From assembly GCF_000150275.1 (NCBI RefSeq), contig NW_002060948.1:4316787-4380786 (forward strand): a stretch of 64,000 bases of DNA, written 5' to 3'. The DNA is from Trichoplax adhaerens. Lineage: Eukaryota > Animalia > Placozoa. Numbering within the stretch: position 1 is the stretch's first letter; the number at the start of each line of letters is the position of its first letter. Below, piece by piece: positions 41,251-56,200 of this stretch. The notes beneath the pieces were generated by a model. The model saw only the letters and a program-made list of their open reading frames with translations. It was not told the DNA's origin and searched no databases. A program made the position numbers and the translations under genes.

Positions 41251-44200
41251 TTATTCGTTGCTGCTAATCATGCGACTAATAAGTTCATCGTGATGATCGG
41301 AACCGGAGTCAGATTCATCAGAGCTACTGCTATCATCACTATGATCGATTTCAATTCTCTTAGCTGCAGGTAAACGTCTGGAAATAATCGCATCAATTCG
41401 ATCTCTTGCATTACTTTTATCTGCTTCAGGTGCATCAGATTCATCTGATGATTTTGATGAATCAGAAGAAGATGCAGAAGAATTTGAACTATCATGATTT
41501 TCTTGATTATTCTCTTGCTCTTCCTTTGATATCGGAACTTCAGCGAGCCCCTCTAAACTACTATCGGTTTGTTTAATATCTTGTTCTACATTGGGATGCT
41601 GTTTTTGATTTATCTCTGGGACATCCTTAGATTCACCTACAGCAATATTAGAATTCTCACTACTTTTTCCATAACCATGCTCCTTTTCATTTATTTTTAG
41701 AACTTCTTTAGGTTCATCTACATTATTATTCGCCTGCTCACTACCTCTTCCATTACCTTGCTCATCTGTCGACTGCTCCATATTCTCAGGGCTTTGAATA
41801 CTGGCTCCCTTTTTGGACAATTGCTGATAGACATCATCTACAATTTCTGGTTCACTTTTAATTTGTTTCGCAGGTTTTTCATTTAGCTCTTCCTTCAAAA
41901 GTTGTGGCGGAGAGTGACTTATCGAAGATGTAGTTAGCGTAGGTTGTTCTTGAGCCTCTTCTTCGTTGCTGCTGCTATTTTGTTCGTCATCGCTATCATC
42001 ATCGGACGATTTGTCTGAGCTATCGTTATTGTTATCAGGTTTATCCTCACTTGATGATTCATCTGAACTATCACTACTTCTTTCATCTAGTTCCTCTTCC
42101 TTTGGTGGTGGTGCTTTAACTACTATATAGTATCAAAAAATCACAGCACTATCATTAATATCCTATAAATTACCGTTTATACTCTTCTTTTTCCTACTAT
42201 AACAAACCTTTCGCTTCAAAATCTTTGACAGAATCCCCGCAATTATCGTCGCTATGCGATTGTTCTGTAGATTTAGATTCATTAGAACTACTATCATTAT
42301 TCACTTGATCGCTACTGACTTGTTTTGATGTTGTTCCTACACCAGCTGGATCGATATTAGGATTAGATATAGCACTATTGTTGTCCTGCTGAAATATTGG
42401 AATAAATTACAAAGAGTTATAATGAAATTAACCCGTACACTCAAATTTCTTCTTAGCAACTAAATTAACGATATCTTCCAATCTTTCTTCAAAATTTTAG
42501 CTTCCAGAAAGAGATTTAAGTATTACCATAGCTGCAAAATTTAATCGCATACGTAATTTTATGATATCCAGGACTGGAAGTATCTCTGTATCAATCTCTG
42601 ATACAACGAGCACAGTAAAATTTAAAGTATGCTGCTCTACTCCTGAATTTTTGATAGTTATACTAATATATAATTTAATGGTAATACCAATGGTAACCCA
42701 TCCTCTAATTACATTTATGCAATATTTCTAACCTCGTCCATATCAACTTCAGTTGTACGAGTTTGGTCAATTTCAACATATTCTTGCTCACTTAGATCAT
42801 TCAGTGTCGGAGTAGAATAGAGTTCTAGATAATTTCCATCAACGGCGTCTTCATCGTCACTACTGGCGTTGTCTTCTATAATAGTGCTCTGTTTCAATGT
42901 AAAGATAAACAGTTTTGTAGACATTCTAAAATTTGTATGATTTTTTTTGTTACTGAGTAAACGGACATGGTTTTGAGTTAGCTTAATGATTTACTGCGGT
43001 ATCTAGCTGCTATAACTGCAAAATAGCAAAGGAAATTAAAAAATATAGATCGCTTAGCGGTGCAGTAGACAAACCGTAATTGAGAATGCTGTAAACGTAA
43101 ACTGGATATCTACTGGTATAACACAATATATTAGTTTACTGTTCTTAGAAATTATAAATGAAAACGCAATTTGAACAGCATATTTAGGCAGTAACGAAAC
43201 CGAGTATTAAATACATTCTTTCATTGTTATTTGCAAAAATAATAGTCGCATCTAGAAGAAAGAAACTCGTTCTACAATAGATATAAATGCGTATTACCAA
43301 TATATAGCAAAATGAGCAAAAATTTTATTTTATAACTGCAAATAACGGAATATAAGAAAATTTAAAGAGATAATCAAATTTCGTTTATGTTTAACTCACT
43401 ATAGACCAAGCTTAAAAATACTGTAGATTTGGTAGACGGACTTAAATTTATATCACCTTGGATTTTTTTCCAATAAAATATTTACAAATTTAATTAAAAA
43501 GTTTAGCATTAAATTTTATTGAGTTAATTTAGCTATGTTACCTCAATAACTTCCGTGTCTGTCACTGCCGTATCATTATTTGTTGAACTTAGCTGATGAT
43601 TTCCTCTCTGTAGATGATTTTAATAATATATTTAAGCACAGTATAATTTAAATTCTGTCAGTTTTACTACCTCTATATTCTCCTCTAATAACTATCTGAT
43701 ATAGGTATTCATACACGATTTAATATAAATTTAATGCAATCAACATTTCTACAAGTTAAATTATGTTATCTCATACGTAGCTTGTTATAGAAGGGCTGTC
43801 TAAGCTAATGCATATAAGGTATAAGTTAACGTTACATATAATAATTACTATCCCGTATATTGTGCGCAACGTATGTTACGAGATCAATAACCGATTGCAT
43901 TACCTCAGCATTTCCTTGTTTTATTGTTACTAAACTGTGGCTACTTTCTCGGCCACTATTGACTTGCTGGCTATCCGATGTCGTTGTACCTTCACTAAGA
44001 CTGTCATCTTGCATAGCTGCTGGATTAAAATGAGCCAATGGCGCATCAGCTTCTTCATCCCTGTCAGCTTCATGAAGCATGGTAGTACTCTATATAAAGA
44101 AATTGTCTCAGAGAATTGTGAAGAAATTTACACAAGTAATAGAGCAATAAGCAATTTATGCTGCGACTAAAGGTGTAAGTTATTTTATTTACCGTATAAT

Positions 44201-47200
44201 TGAGGTTTTCGATAGCTAATGAATAATGATGATTGTCTAAATAAGATTTGATATCAATAAGGTGTTGGTATGTTGAAAAGACAAAGTACATTAAGTAAAT
44301 CAGGATATTATAGCAATTAATGGATAGGATGAAGAAATATTGCATATACTTGTACTTAATGATTTTATACCATACCTTCTGGATCATCTATAGGCTTGGC
44401 TTGCTTTAATGTTGGCATCATGTAATCTTGAGTCTTACTATTATTCATTTGATGTTTCTTGGTACATGGTAAACGAAGACCGCTACCAATGATTAAATTA
44501 TAGCCAGTTTAATTATTTAGTTAAGTAAAATGAGTCCCTTTTCGTAAAATACATTAAGTTCTTTTGTAATAAAAGTAAAATACTTACTTTCGACGACGAC
44601 GGTAGAGATAAACTACAACCAATATTACAAAAAACACAGTAATAGTAGTAAAAACCGAGACAACAGCAGATACAGTAGGAGATGCAGCATTTGCAACTTG
44701 TCCTGGACAACTATCTGTTATTTATATTAAACAGTATTATTAAAATGCTCGCAATTTGCAAAAAACGTTTAATAGCAGTAGTTAAGTACAAAAATTAAGA
44801 AGTCTATATTTGTCTAAGATTACTCCATATATATACATATTACTATCCACATACTTAATGTGTAATTTTTGGTTACGTCGAACTGATATTCAGCCTTGAT
44901 AGCATTTGCTGCAATTGCTGTAATACCAAAAGTGTAACTAAACCCTGCCCTGAGCTGTGGAATTACAGCATTCCTAGCTGTTGACAACAACCTTCTGCTA
45001 GACCACACAATGTGTGAAGTGATTTTCCAGCGAAGAATGATAGCTGTTACAGGGTCGTTATTGATATTAGTTAACTGCCAAACAGCTGTAACTGTCGTGC
45101 AGTTGTGAGGCTCGATGGTTATGCTACTGATAACCGGAATTTGTTCTATTACATAAGACAGATGGAAGAAAGTTGTGTTATAAAAATTAATGCTACAAAT
45201 ATTTCAAATGTTTACAACTGTAAAGAATACAAGAACAGAAGTTATTATATAAAAATAATCTTCCGTTCACAGTTATGTACTACTATACGCACTTGGTTGG
45301 CATGTGTATCCATTAACTCCATCAATACAGTTTTCATTTCGCAAGCAAGGATATGATGCACATTCGTTGATATCCGACTGGCAATATAACCCAGTATAGC
45401 CAGAAGAACAACTACAACGATAACTATTGATTAAATCCAAACAAATTCCAAAGCTGCAGGGTGAGCTAGCGCATTCATTAATGTTGATTTGGCAGAAGGT
45501 ACCGCTGTAACCTGCACTACAACTACAGTTATACTTGTTGACTAAATCTATGCAATAAGCATTGTTAAGGCAAGGATTAGATGCGCATTCATTGATATTA
45601 ATAGTACACTGGGCGCCAGTATAACCGTTTTTGCAATTACATGAGTAGCCATTTGCTAAATCGATACACGTTCCACCATTAGCGCAAGGCTGGCTCTGAC
45701 ATTCGTTGATATTGGTTTGGCAACTTGCACCAGTAAATCCAGTTCTGCATGCACAACTATACGAGTTTATTAAATCACTACATGTACCTAAATTCATACA
45801 GGGTTCTGACTGGCATTCATTAATATTACTTTGGCAGCGATCACCATCAAAGCCAGGATAGCATGAACAATTATAGCGATTAGGTAGATCAACGCATATA
45901 GCAAGGTTCTGACATGGACCACTTGCACATTCGTTAATGTCAGTTTGACAAATACCTCCTGTATAACCAGATCGACACGAACAGGTATAACCATTAACAA
46001 TATCGCTACATATTCCAGAATTTTGGCAAGGATTACTTTGACACTCGTTAATATCAGTCTGGCATGTAATTCCAGCATAGCCCAATGCACAAGAACAATT
46101 GAATCCATTTACAAGATCCATACAGTTTCCAGAATTTAGGCAAGGAGAACTTGCACATTCGTTAACATTGGTCTGACAGATTACTCCAGTATATCCTGCT
46201 ACGCACTTGCATCTGTAACCATTGACAGAATCTGTGCAGGTTCCCCCATTCATACATGGTAGGCTTACACATTCATCAATATTACTCTGACAATAGATGC
46301 CGGTAAAACCGCTACGACAGGTACAACTATAGCCATTAACAAGATCATTACAGGAACTACCATTGATACACGGACTAGATCCACATTCATTAACATTGAT
46401 TTCACAATGTGTGCCAATAAATCCAGCTTCGCAAGTACAGTTATAACTGTTAATTAAATCTAAGCAAGTACCGCCATTAATACAAGGACTACTACCGCAT
46501 TCATGAATGTTAGTTTCGCAGTTTTTACCAGTAAAGCCAAACATGCAGGCACATTTATATTGATTAGGATAATCATAACAAATTCCACTATTAAGACATG
46601 GATTGCTATCGCACTCCATTAACTCTGTTTCGCAGCGATCGCCAGCATAGCCAGGCAAGCATGTGCAATTGTATGCGCTAACCTGATCGACACATGTAGC
46701 ATTATTGAGGCACGGAGTAATACTGCATTCATCGATGTTGATTTCACAATCATATCCAGTAAAACCTGCAGCACAGCTGCAGTTATAGTTATTGATTAAG
46801 TCGAAGCATGTGCCTTCGTTGATGCACGGCATGCTATCACATTCGTTGATATCAATTTTGCAAAGTGAGCCAGTATATCCAGGCATACATGAGCAATTGT
46901 AGCTATTAATGTCATCAATACATATACCTTCATTCATGCAAGGATTAGACTGGCATTCATCAATATTCGTTTGGCATAAAGTGCCCATATATCCATTTAA
47001 GCATGTGCAGTTATATCCAGCCACTAAATCAGTGCAACTAGCATCATTTTGACAAGGATTACTGAAACACTCATCAATATTGACTTCGCATATGGAACCG
47101 GTATAGCCAGAAATACATGTACAATTATATCCGTTAACAAAATCATGACATATACCACTGTTAAGACAAGGATTACTGTCGCATTCATTAACATTTAGTT

Positions 47201-50200
47201 CACAATCAGTCCCCGTATAACCAGCTAAACAAGAGCAATTATAGCCATCAATACCATCGATACAGGTGCCTGTAATCTCACAAGGATTACTAGCACATTC
47301 GTTCATATTCGTTTCACAATGATCTCCAGTAAAGCCAGGCATACAACTACACTGATATTCATTGATAAGATCCATGCACTGGCCGTTATTAATACAAGGT
47401 TGGGAAGCACATTCGTTAATATTTGTTGAGCATATATTACCACTGAAACCAGCTTGACAAGTACAGGTATAGTTATTAATCCTATCAGTACAAGTTGCAT
47501 TATTCAAACATGGACGGGAATTACACTCGTCGATATCTACAAATAAAAACATTCCGGAAAATTCATTAATTTACCCGAACATTAGCTGCCCTAGACTTGC
47601 CTTATAAATTACACAATCATTATCTACAAAGCTGGCTAACTGACTTGTATTAGCTGATGAGACTTATATTAATGTTCGACAATACGATACATGATATAAC
47701 TGTGAATGTTGCATAGGTGCGCCATAACTCAAAAGAACTAGCTGGTCAACATCTGCCTTACTACAGTAATTTAATTCGTAACAATAACTGGCACCAAGTT
47801 TATCAATCCTGCCATAAATAATGTAAGGTTTTAATTGATGAATTAAACTACATCAGCCGATATGCAACTCTTTGCAAAATCAAAAATATCTGAATTTGTA
47901 AACAATCATTAGAATTCTATATTCACTAGCGAATGTTTAAACCTGTCTTCTTACTTATTTCACATTGATCCCCTCTAAAGCCAGCAGCACAGGAGCAATT
48001 ATAATGATTTGGTGCTGAATTTATACAGGTGGCTTCATTTAAGCAGGGGGAAAATCTACAACGATTAATATCTATATCGTATAAAACAGACGAAGTATGC
48101 TAGATTTAGTATAATTAAAAATAATAAACAACACCATATCTTCAGTTAAGAAAAAATCAAACAAGATTCAAAGTTTTAAATACTCTCTGTTACCGTCTTG
48201 ACAAGTAAATCCAGACCAATTATCCGTACAATTGCACTGAAACGCATTCAACAAATTGATGCACTGGCCGCCATTTTGGCAGGGCTGATGGTGGCATTCA
48301 TTGACGTCTATCCGTAGAATAGCATTAGTTAGTAAAGATGCTTAAAAAAATCCACTTTTCCACAAAATACTAATAACCGGCACTATAAATAATTTATTTA
48401 GCATAATAGCAGACTGACCGTATTCACAATCAGTCCCGTTATATCCAGGTATGCAATCACATCGATATTGATTGGCTCCGACATTAACACATGTTCCACC
48501 ATTTTGACATGGGGTGATTCTGCACCTGTTATGATCTAATGAAAAAGTGTATGAAATAAATTTATCTTTGATCAGGTCTAAATAAATATTTTTCGGCCTT
48601 AGTGTGTTGTAGAAACATCTTAGATTCCTAATTAAACCATGAATTCATCTTAGAGGGGTACACTAATATAAATTTTAGTCGGTTAGCATAGCTAATGATA
48701 GAACTACTGTTAACAGCAATTGTAATATTGTCATTGAATTTTATTCTCCATTTTATTGGGACTAGTAAATTATAATTCATTTCGTATTACTGTTATTAAA
48801 TTATTCAGCTGGATTCTAGGCAGTATTCTAAAGTTACTGGGCTATTGGATCGTAATGTATAAGTCTGATAAAAAAAAAATAATTGCCCACCAGATCAACA
48901 TTTAAGTACCAGTGCTGCTTAATTTATTCTGTATTTACAAGCTGTAATATTCAACGTGATATAGGGCTTGATTAATCCAGGCAAACGTTGATCTGGTGTT
49001 AATATTTTTGCTATGAAAATTATCCGCATTAGTAGTCAAAGTACTGAACTTGTATAGTTTCCTACTTCAGGCGCTATAAACAATATCCTGTTCGGACCAC
49101 GAAGTTTATAGAACTACATCATGCAGAAGCTGCCAATTCTAGAAATACACACTCATACAATATAAATGATGGCCTAACAAAAGCGTAAGCCAGAAAATTT
49201 TTCTGGCTAATTCTATAAACTACATATCTTAGCCTCATTTTTCCATTATCGCAAATAAGTTCAGTTTCTTATCACTTACCGTGTTCGCACTCAGTTCCAT
49301 TAAAGTTATCAAGGCATACGCAGACATAACCATTAATACTATCCGAACAAGTTGCATTATTAGAGCATGGATTAGAAATACACTCGTCAATATCTATAAG
49401 ATGGCAATAGTTATAGATATGTTAGGATATAAATAATTGAAGTCATAGGCTTGCATAGTAGCTATCGATAACATAATATTGAATTCAGTCAAATAAGTCT
49501 AAAATTACTCGTTTCGCAGAGTGATCCCGTAAATCCGGCTTGGCAAGAGCAGTTATAACTGTCTGGGAAAATATTACTACAAACGCCTTGGTTCAAGCAT
49601 GGCCTTAAACGACATCGGTTATTATCTGCAAAAAGTGCCGTAATCAGATAAACAGCGTTACTATTGCTTCAGAAATATATAGATGCTGTGCAATCCGTAA
49701 TTTCCTGACTTAAAATTATACAAATTTAACTGAACATGGTCTCATAAAAAATACTGCTTATGAATAAATTATCCAGAAAGTAGGAGTAATACCCTTCTAA
49801 GAGTAGATATATAGCACTTATATCGCTATATGCCTAGAAAATGATCTCATAATTAATCGTTGATTGTTACAAATTAAAGCCTAAAGAAAGTATTTTTGGA
49901 GACAATTCTTAAACCTCAATACAGCAGTTGTTATAAAATTCTACAAACTCAAAGTCTTTTTGTTTTGATATGGAAATAAACGTTATATAATTAATACCCA
50001 CTAATTAAAGAAAATCGGTTCAGATTCGAGAAACTCGAGCACAAAGGACAAGTGTTTTATGAATAATTGCTTACTACAGCGATAACATCCTTACCATATT
50101 GGCAGTTTCCGCCGCTATAATTTGTACGACAAACGCAATCATTGCCATTAGCACAGTAACCATTTCCTAAATAGAAATAATTTGATATTTAATTGAATTT

Positions 50201-53200
50201 TAAAATACTATACTGTATAGCAGCATAAATTTGTATAGAATATTACCAGTACATCCATCTTTTAACACACAGCTGGAGCACGTATTTCCGGACCATCCGC
50301 TGTTACAACTGCAATTTAGTTTAAATAAGAAATAGATACCAGTATAACCATTAGCCAACCAAAAATGTTTTATTCGAAATGTTATTAATGAAATACATCG
50401 TTTTTTTTAACGTTTTGAAACATACTAGCATTGGCCAGGTGAATTTGTGCAGTTAGCATGAGATAAATCACAGCCTGTTCTACAAATTGCTTTAAAAATA
50501 TCAAAATAGCTCTTATTATACAAGTTATAAATAAACATTTTTAGCCAATACACAAGAAGATAAAATTTGATTCATAAATAGCAAATGCTAACATAACGCC
50601 TTTATTGCTTATATTCTGTACCTGTTTGACAGCTTGAACCTGTCCATCCTGGTACACAAGAGCAATTGTAGTAATCAATAAAATTATTACATGTAGCCCC
50701 ATTAAAGCAAGGCGTCGATGAGCATTCATCAATATCTAGAGCAATCAACATTATACAAAGGCTTTAGATAAAATTATACTGTGAATACTTTTTTACTATT
50801 TCCTTAGATTTTAATATACCGTGCTATTTCCATTAATGCTACCCTATTTTATACGTGACTTAAACCAAGAGTTTACAGCTTAACAAGATTAAGTTTGCAT
50901 TCTGCTTGTCATACGCTGGTACAGAAACTTACCTGTCTCGCAAATTTTTCCAGTATATCCTTCTACACATTTACATTGATATGTATTAATTGCTTCATTT
51001 ATGCACGCGCCATCATTTTTACAGGGATTACTACGGCATGGATTTAAATCTAATGTAGTTGAATTAACATATGCTTAGTTCACATCTATAAATGATAATT
51101 CAACTAATCAGTGCATTTTTACAGGCAATACCGATTGATCAGCTCTCAAAATTGATCTTAAAATTTAATAGTAAGCGCAAACGAGATGCTGATTCTAAAA
51201 TAGAAAATCTTAACAAATCATATTTACCATTTTCGCAATTAGCACTTGTATAATTTGATAGGCAATCACAAGTATAATTAAATGGCCCTTCATAGGAACA
51301 TATTCCTCCATTAAGACATGGTCGACTTACCCTACAGAGATTCATATCTGCAGTAAAACAAGACGAATTATTTATCGCGACTGATGTTTTAGAATTACTG
51401 ATTATGGTGATCACTGGATAAAAAATAACCTACCAGTTGCACAATGAATGCCAGTATATTGCGGTAAGCATTGACAAGTGTAGTAATCAATAAGATTATT
51501 ACATGTTGCGCCGTTTATACAGGGACTTGATGAACATTCATTAACGTCTGTAATTTAATTAGAGTAACAGCATGACGTTAAGTTAACTTTTAGCATCTCA
51601 GAAATTAATCAATGAACTATTTAACTAAATTTCATTTAAATTTCTAAGCTATGACTGGTGGATAGTTTTCAAATTAGTTACGATAAAGTAGAAGCAATCG
51701 AAAGCTAAAAATAGCGATAACGATTATTATCATTTGTAAATTTATTAGAGTAACGTAGGACATTAGCTTAACTTTGCTCTTGAAGAAATTAATCATTAAA
51801 CTAATAAACTATATTTTACTTCATTTGCAAATCTATGGTGGACAGGTAATTTCAAAGGAGTTACTGTACAGCAGAAAAAATCTAAGCATAAGATAATAAT
51901 AATATTAACTATTGTCGCCTATCTGATAACATCTGTACTATAACTAAATTCATGTGGAATGTGTTTTTAATTTAATTCACAATAAAATCGTATAAATTTT
52001 ACATAGAATATTTAATTTCGATAGAGCTATTCTCACCTGTTTCACAGTTAGTGCCCGTATAACCTGGGAGGCATGAGCATCTATAGTGATAATTGCCGAG
52101 GTAATTGCAACTGCCTCGATTTTGACAGGGCGACATGGTTCGGCAAAGATTGGAATCTTTAACATCACATATATAGAAAGCAAATAGTTTACATCAATTA
52201 TATTATAAGCTAAATGAATGGCGAAAATTACATTTTATTCAAAATATCGACTAAATAATGCTTAGCATTAATTCAATAACTATATACATATATGTTACGG
52301 TGTAGGTATGTGGCGATGGCATCGTATACGCTATCAACCAGATTAAATTGTTATTATTCCAAAATTACTTCAAGTTAATTACATCAATATCCAAAATGGA
52401 AGTATAACATCACACGCATTATTTATATATTTATTTTTTCTATCATCCGAATCTAAAAGTTAACTTATAAAGCGCGCATACCATTTTCGCAGTGAGCTCC
52501 TGTAAACTGTTCTGGACAAAGGCATGTATAACCGTTAATATTATCCATACAAGAAGCATTAGTATGTTGACAAGGATTTGAGGAACATTCGTTGATATCT
52601 ATGAGATTTAAAAATTAAATGAGACTTTTTACTTTAAGCATACTAATTTCGAAGAGTTAAATTTCATAGTAAATGTAAAACATGTAGTACGTATAATGTG
52701 CTCCAATAGCATTAATTATATCTTGATATTATAAATTTCTTTGAATTAAACTAATCAAACTCATTATATGAAAGTTATCTCTTCGCTGCATCGTGCCAAA
52801 AGCTATATCACACCAGAATTTTAATGCATTAAAAACTTCATTGACAAAATATCATCTTTTGAGTATAATTATCAAAATTATGATTTGTGAGAAATTTTAT
52901 AGATAAATTCTAAAGATGCATATGTCACTAAAACAACATTTAGACAAATTAGCAAATTTGTAAATGAGGTCAATAATCATAATGAAAATCGACTAATCTG
53001 GATACATAAATTCACAATACTAGTTTAACTCAGTTTAATTTCGAACTCTATGAGACTGTCTCGTTAAAATAATATTTCAATCAAGAGCTGTCTTCATTTA
53101 AACAAATATCCACTAGGAATGGTTATTTTATATATCTATCAATATATCTTCAACAAGTGACTACCTATACCAAACCAGACTTAAATTTTAATGGAAGTTA

Positions 53201-56200
53201 TTCAACGTGAAATCTAATTAGTCAATTGCTATGATCACAAGTGAATTTTCTTAATAAATTATCAAATTTTACTGCAGAAATTTAATTAACCTAGCATAAA
53301 ATACATAAAATATATATTTAAAGGAGCTTCTAATCTAAGAAAGAGCATTATATCTAAATTGACGGCGAATAACTCAAATTGAATAATAATACGGTGCAAT
53401 TCCATGAAATACGCATTTTATTGACATTTAATAAGTAGATTAATTACCTGTACCGCAATGCAGCCCAATATACCCAGGGACACATGAACAGTTATAACCA
53501 TTCAATTGATCGTTACAAGTTGCGCCATTTAGACAAGGGTTAGAGTCACACTCATCGATATCTGTCCAATTATTACAATAGAAACAATAAAATTAACAAA
53601 TATACTATAATAAAGCTGAAGACGTGCTTACATAATGGCTAACTTAAAGTTTTAATTGTCTATTATTTGGTATAAATCCAATATGCTTTGACTCTATGAA
53701 TTGAAGATAGCACTTACTTTGTTGGCAGTTCTTGCCAGTATATCCAGTAATACATGTACATTGATAATTAAAAGGGCCTGTAGAAATACACGTTGAGCCG
53801 TTTTGACAAGGATTGGCTTTTCGACATTGATCAGTATCTGATACGGCGATAATTTAGGGAGATATTAACAAATTTCATTGATGCATTAGGTTAACAGAGC
53901 TTTAACAAGAAATTTTAAAAATACAGACAGTCAAGGAAGTGCAGCATAGTCAAAGATTATCACTAAGGTATCTTGATATTAAGATGAAAAATAATATTTC
54001 CACAATAATACCATTATCACAATGGATTCCTGTCCAGTTTGCGGGACAATTACAGTTATATCCATTTATTTTATCTACACATGTAGCATTCTCATGTCGG
54101 CAAGGATTTGAAACACATTCATTAATATCTATATCAAATAAGCATGAAAAATGATCACTATTTTAAAGGCACAGTTCTCTAATGTAATTAATTTATAAAA
54201 TTTTGTGATCAGAAGACCTATCAATTACTATAAATAAATGAAACTATCGATTATAAGTAGGCAGAAAACTAACATAGTTTTCAGTATCTTAAGATAATCT
54301 AAATGGAGCACATTTATGTCTGGTAATTGATACATCTAGTTAGAACTAAAATCGCCAAATAGATCTATGATGACGTTAGAACTTCTGTCTTAATGTGATA
54401 GCTACTACATATTAATTATTCTTATTCTACCAATTTTTTTAATTTAACCCAACATTATTGATAGTATTATAAAATTATATAAAATACTTAATATAACTAT
54501 AGTGTAGTTCTTATCTTAAACTCAGACAATTGCATAACAACTGGCAGTAATTGGAAAGTCTAGCTGGCAGAAAGGTAAAATCGGCAAATTTTATCAAATA
54601 TTTTCACTCTTTAACTATTTATTGATAATTACATATTGTAGTGAATAGGCTTTTATAGGCATAGCGGATTGTTCTACTCTCTAATGCTACCATAATTTAT
54701 GTAACTACTGTAATTAGCTGAAATCACTACTCTTACGAGAGGAAAAAGTTAATTTAAATAAAATATGTTCTACATAATCTAACGAAAAGTATTAAATTTG
54801 AAATCTTTGGTCCGCATTCATTTATACTATTGCCATATCTATCAGACAGACAAATTACACTTACTCGATTCGCAATGAATGCCACTATACCCAGGTTGGC
54901 ATGAACAGGTATATCGTAAAGGGAAATTATTGCATGTTGCATTATTCTGGCAAGGATTGGAGTTGCATTCATTAACATCTGCGTATTAGAGTAGAAATTG
55001 TTATGACAATTTCGCAGAAAATCAGAATGAAATGGTAATATTACTTAAGAGTAAATACGAATAACCTTCTTCTCAAGATATTTTAACAAGTTATAATAGC
55101 AAAATTCTGTGTACATTGCATGCTTTACCTTGTTCACAATTTATTCCTGTGTATTCTACTGGACAATTGCAATAGTAAGTATAGGCTCCAGTTACTGTGC
55201 AAACACCACCATTTTTACAAGGTGAAGTAAGTCGACATTGATTCGCATCTAAATTTTATTTTGGATTATGATTAGTAATGGATAAACCAAAATTAAATGC
55301 CTTCATAATTCTTAGCCATTGCTTGGCTGTTTTCAAAGCTCAGCCAATTTTTTCATAAGATACCTGTTTCGCAAAGAGTTCCTGTCCAATCGAGAGGGCA
55401 CTTACATAAATATCCATCAACTTGATCTATGCAAGTTGCATACGGATGTTGACAAGGATTGGAAGTGCATTCATTAATATCTAATCACAAATAAATTAAT
55501 TGCATTAGGTTGTAATGTAATTACTATTTTATGACTACATTTAATCTGGAGTATTAGAGTTTTTCAGTTTAAAACATAAAAACATGGTGAATTCATATTT
55601 CAGCAAAATTGTACTTGTCTGGCAAGCAGAACCCGTAAAACCATTTTTACAAGAACAAGTATACGAATTAAGTCCGTCTTTACAAGTTCCACCATTGGAA
55701 CACGGAGTTCCAACGCAGTCATTGATATCTATAACAAAAGTAAACATAACCATAAGGTAAGAAGTATATTATTAACGCAAACTTTAAAAGTAGTAGCCAG
55801 ATTTTATCGTTATCTTATGGTTATGTGAAATGTGAGCGATGGTTTGTATTCCTTTCATTTATCCAGCACTGCCAGTCAGAAATAAGAAGTTTATATCATA
55901 ACTCACTTTGACTACAATTTTGACCAGTATATCCTGTAGCACAAGTACAATTATAGGAAGCGAGGCCAAGATATTTACAGGTAGCGCCATTTTGACATGG
56001 CGAATATGCGCGGCAATAATCGCCATCTGTTAAAATAAGGAAAATATGTATTCATCTATTTTTTGATGGCAAGATATTGTATCTACTTGCATCAGTTTAC
56101 AGTAAATTGAATATACCAGATATTTTTTTATATACAGTTACGTTAGCTTTACTAATAAAATCAAATTATGGCACTTAGAGTTTATTGTAGCATGCTGAGT

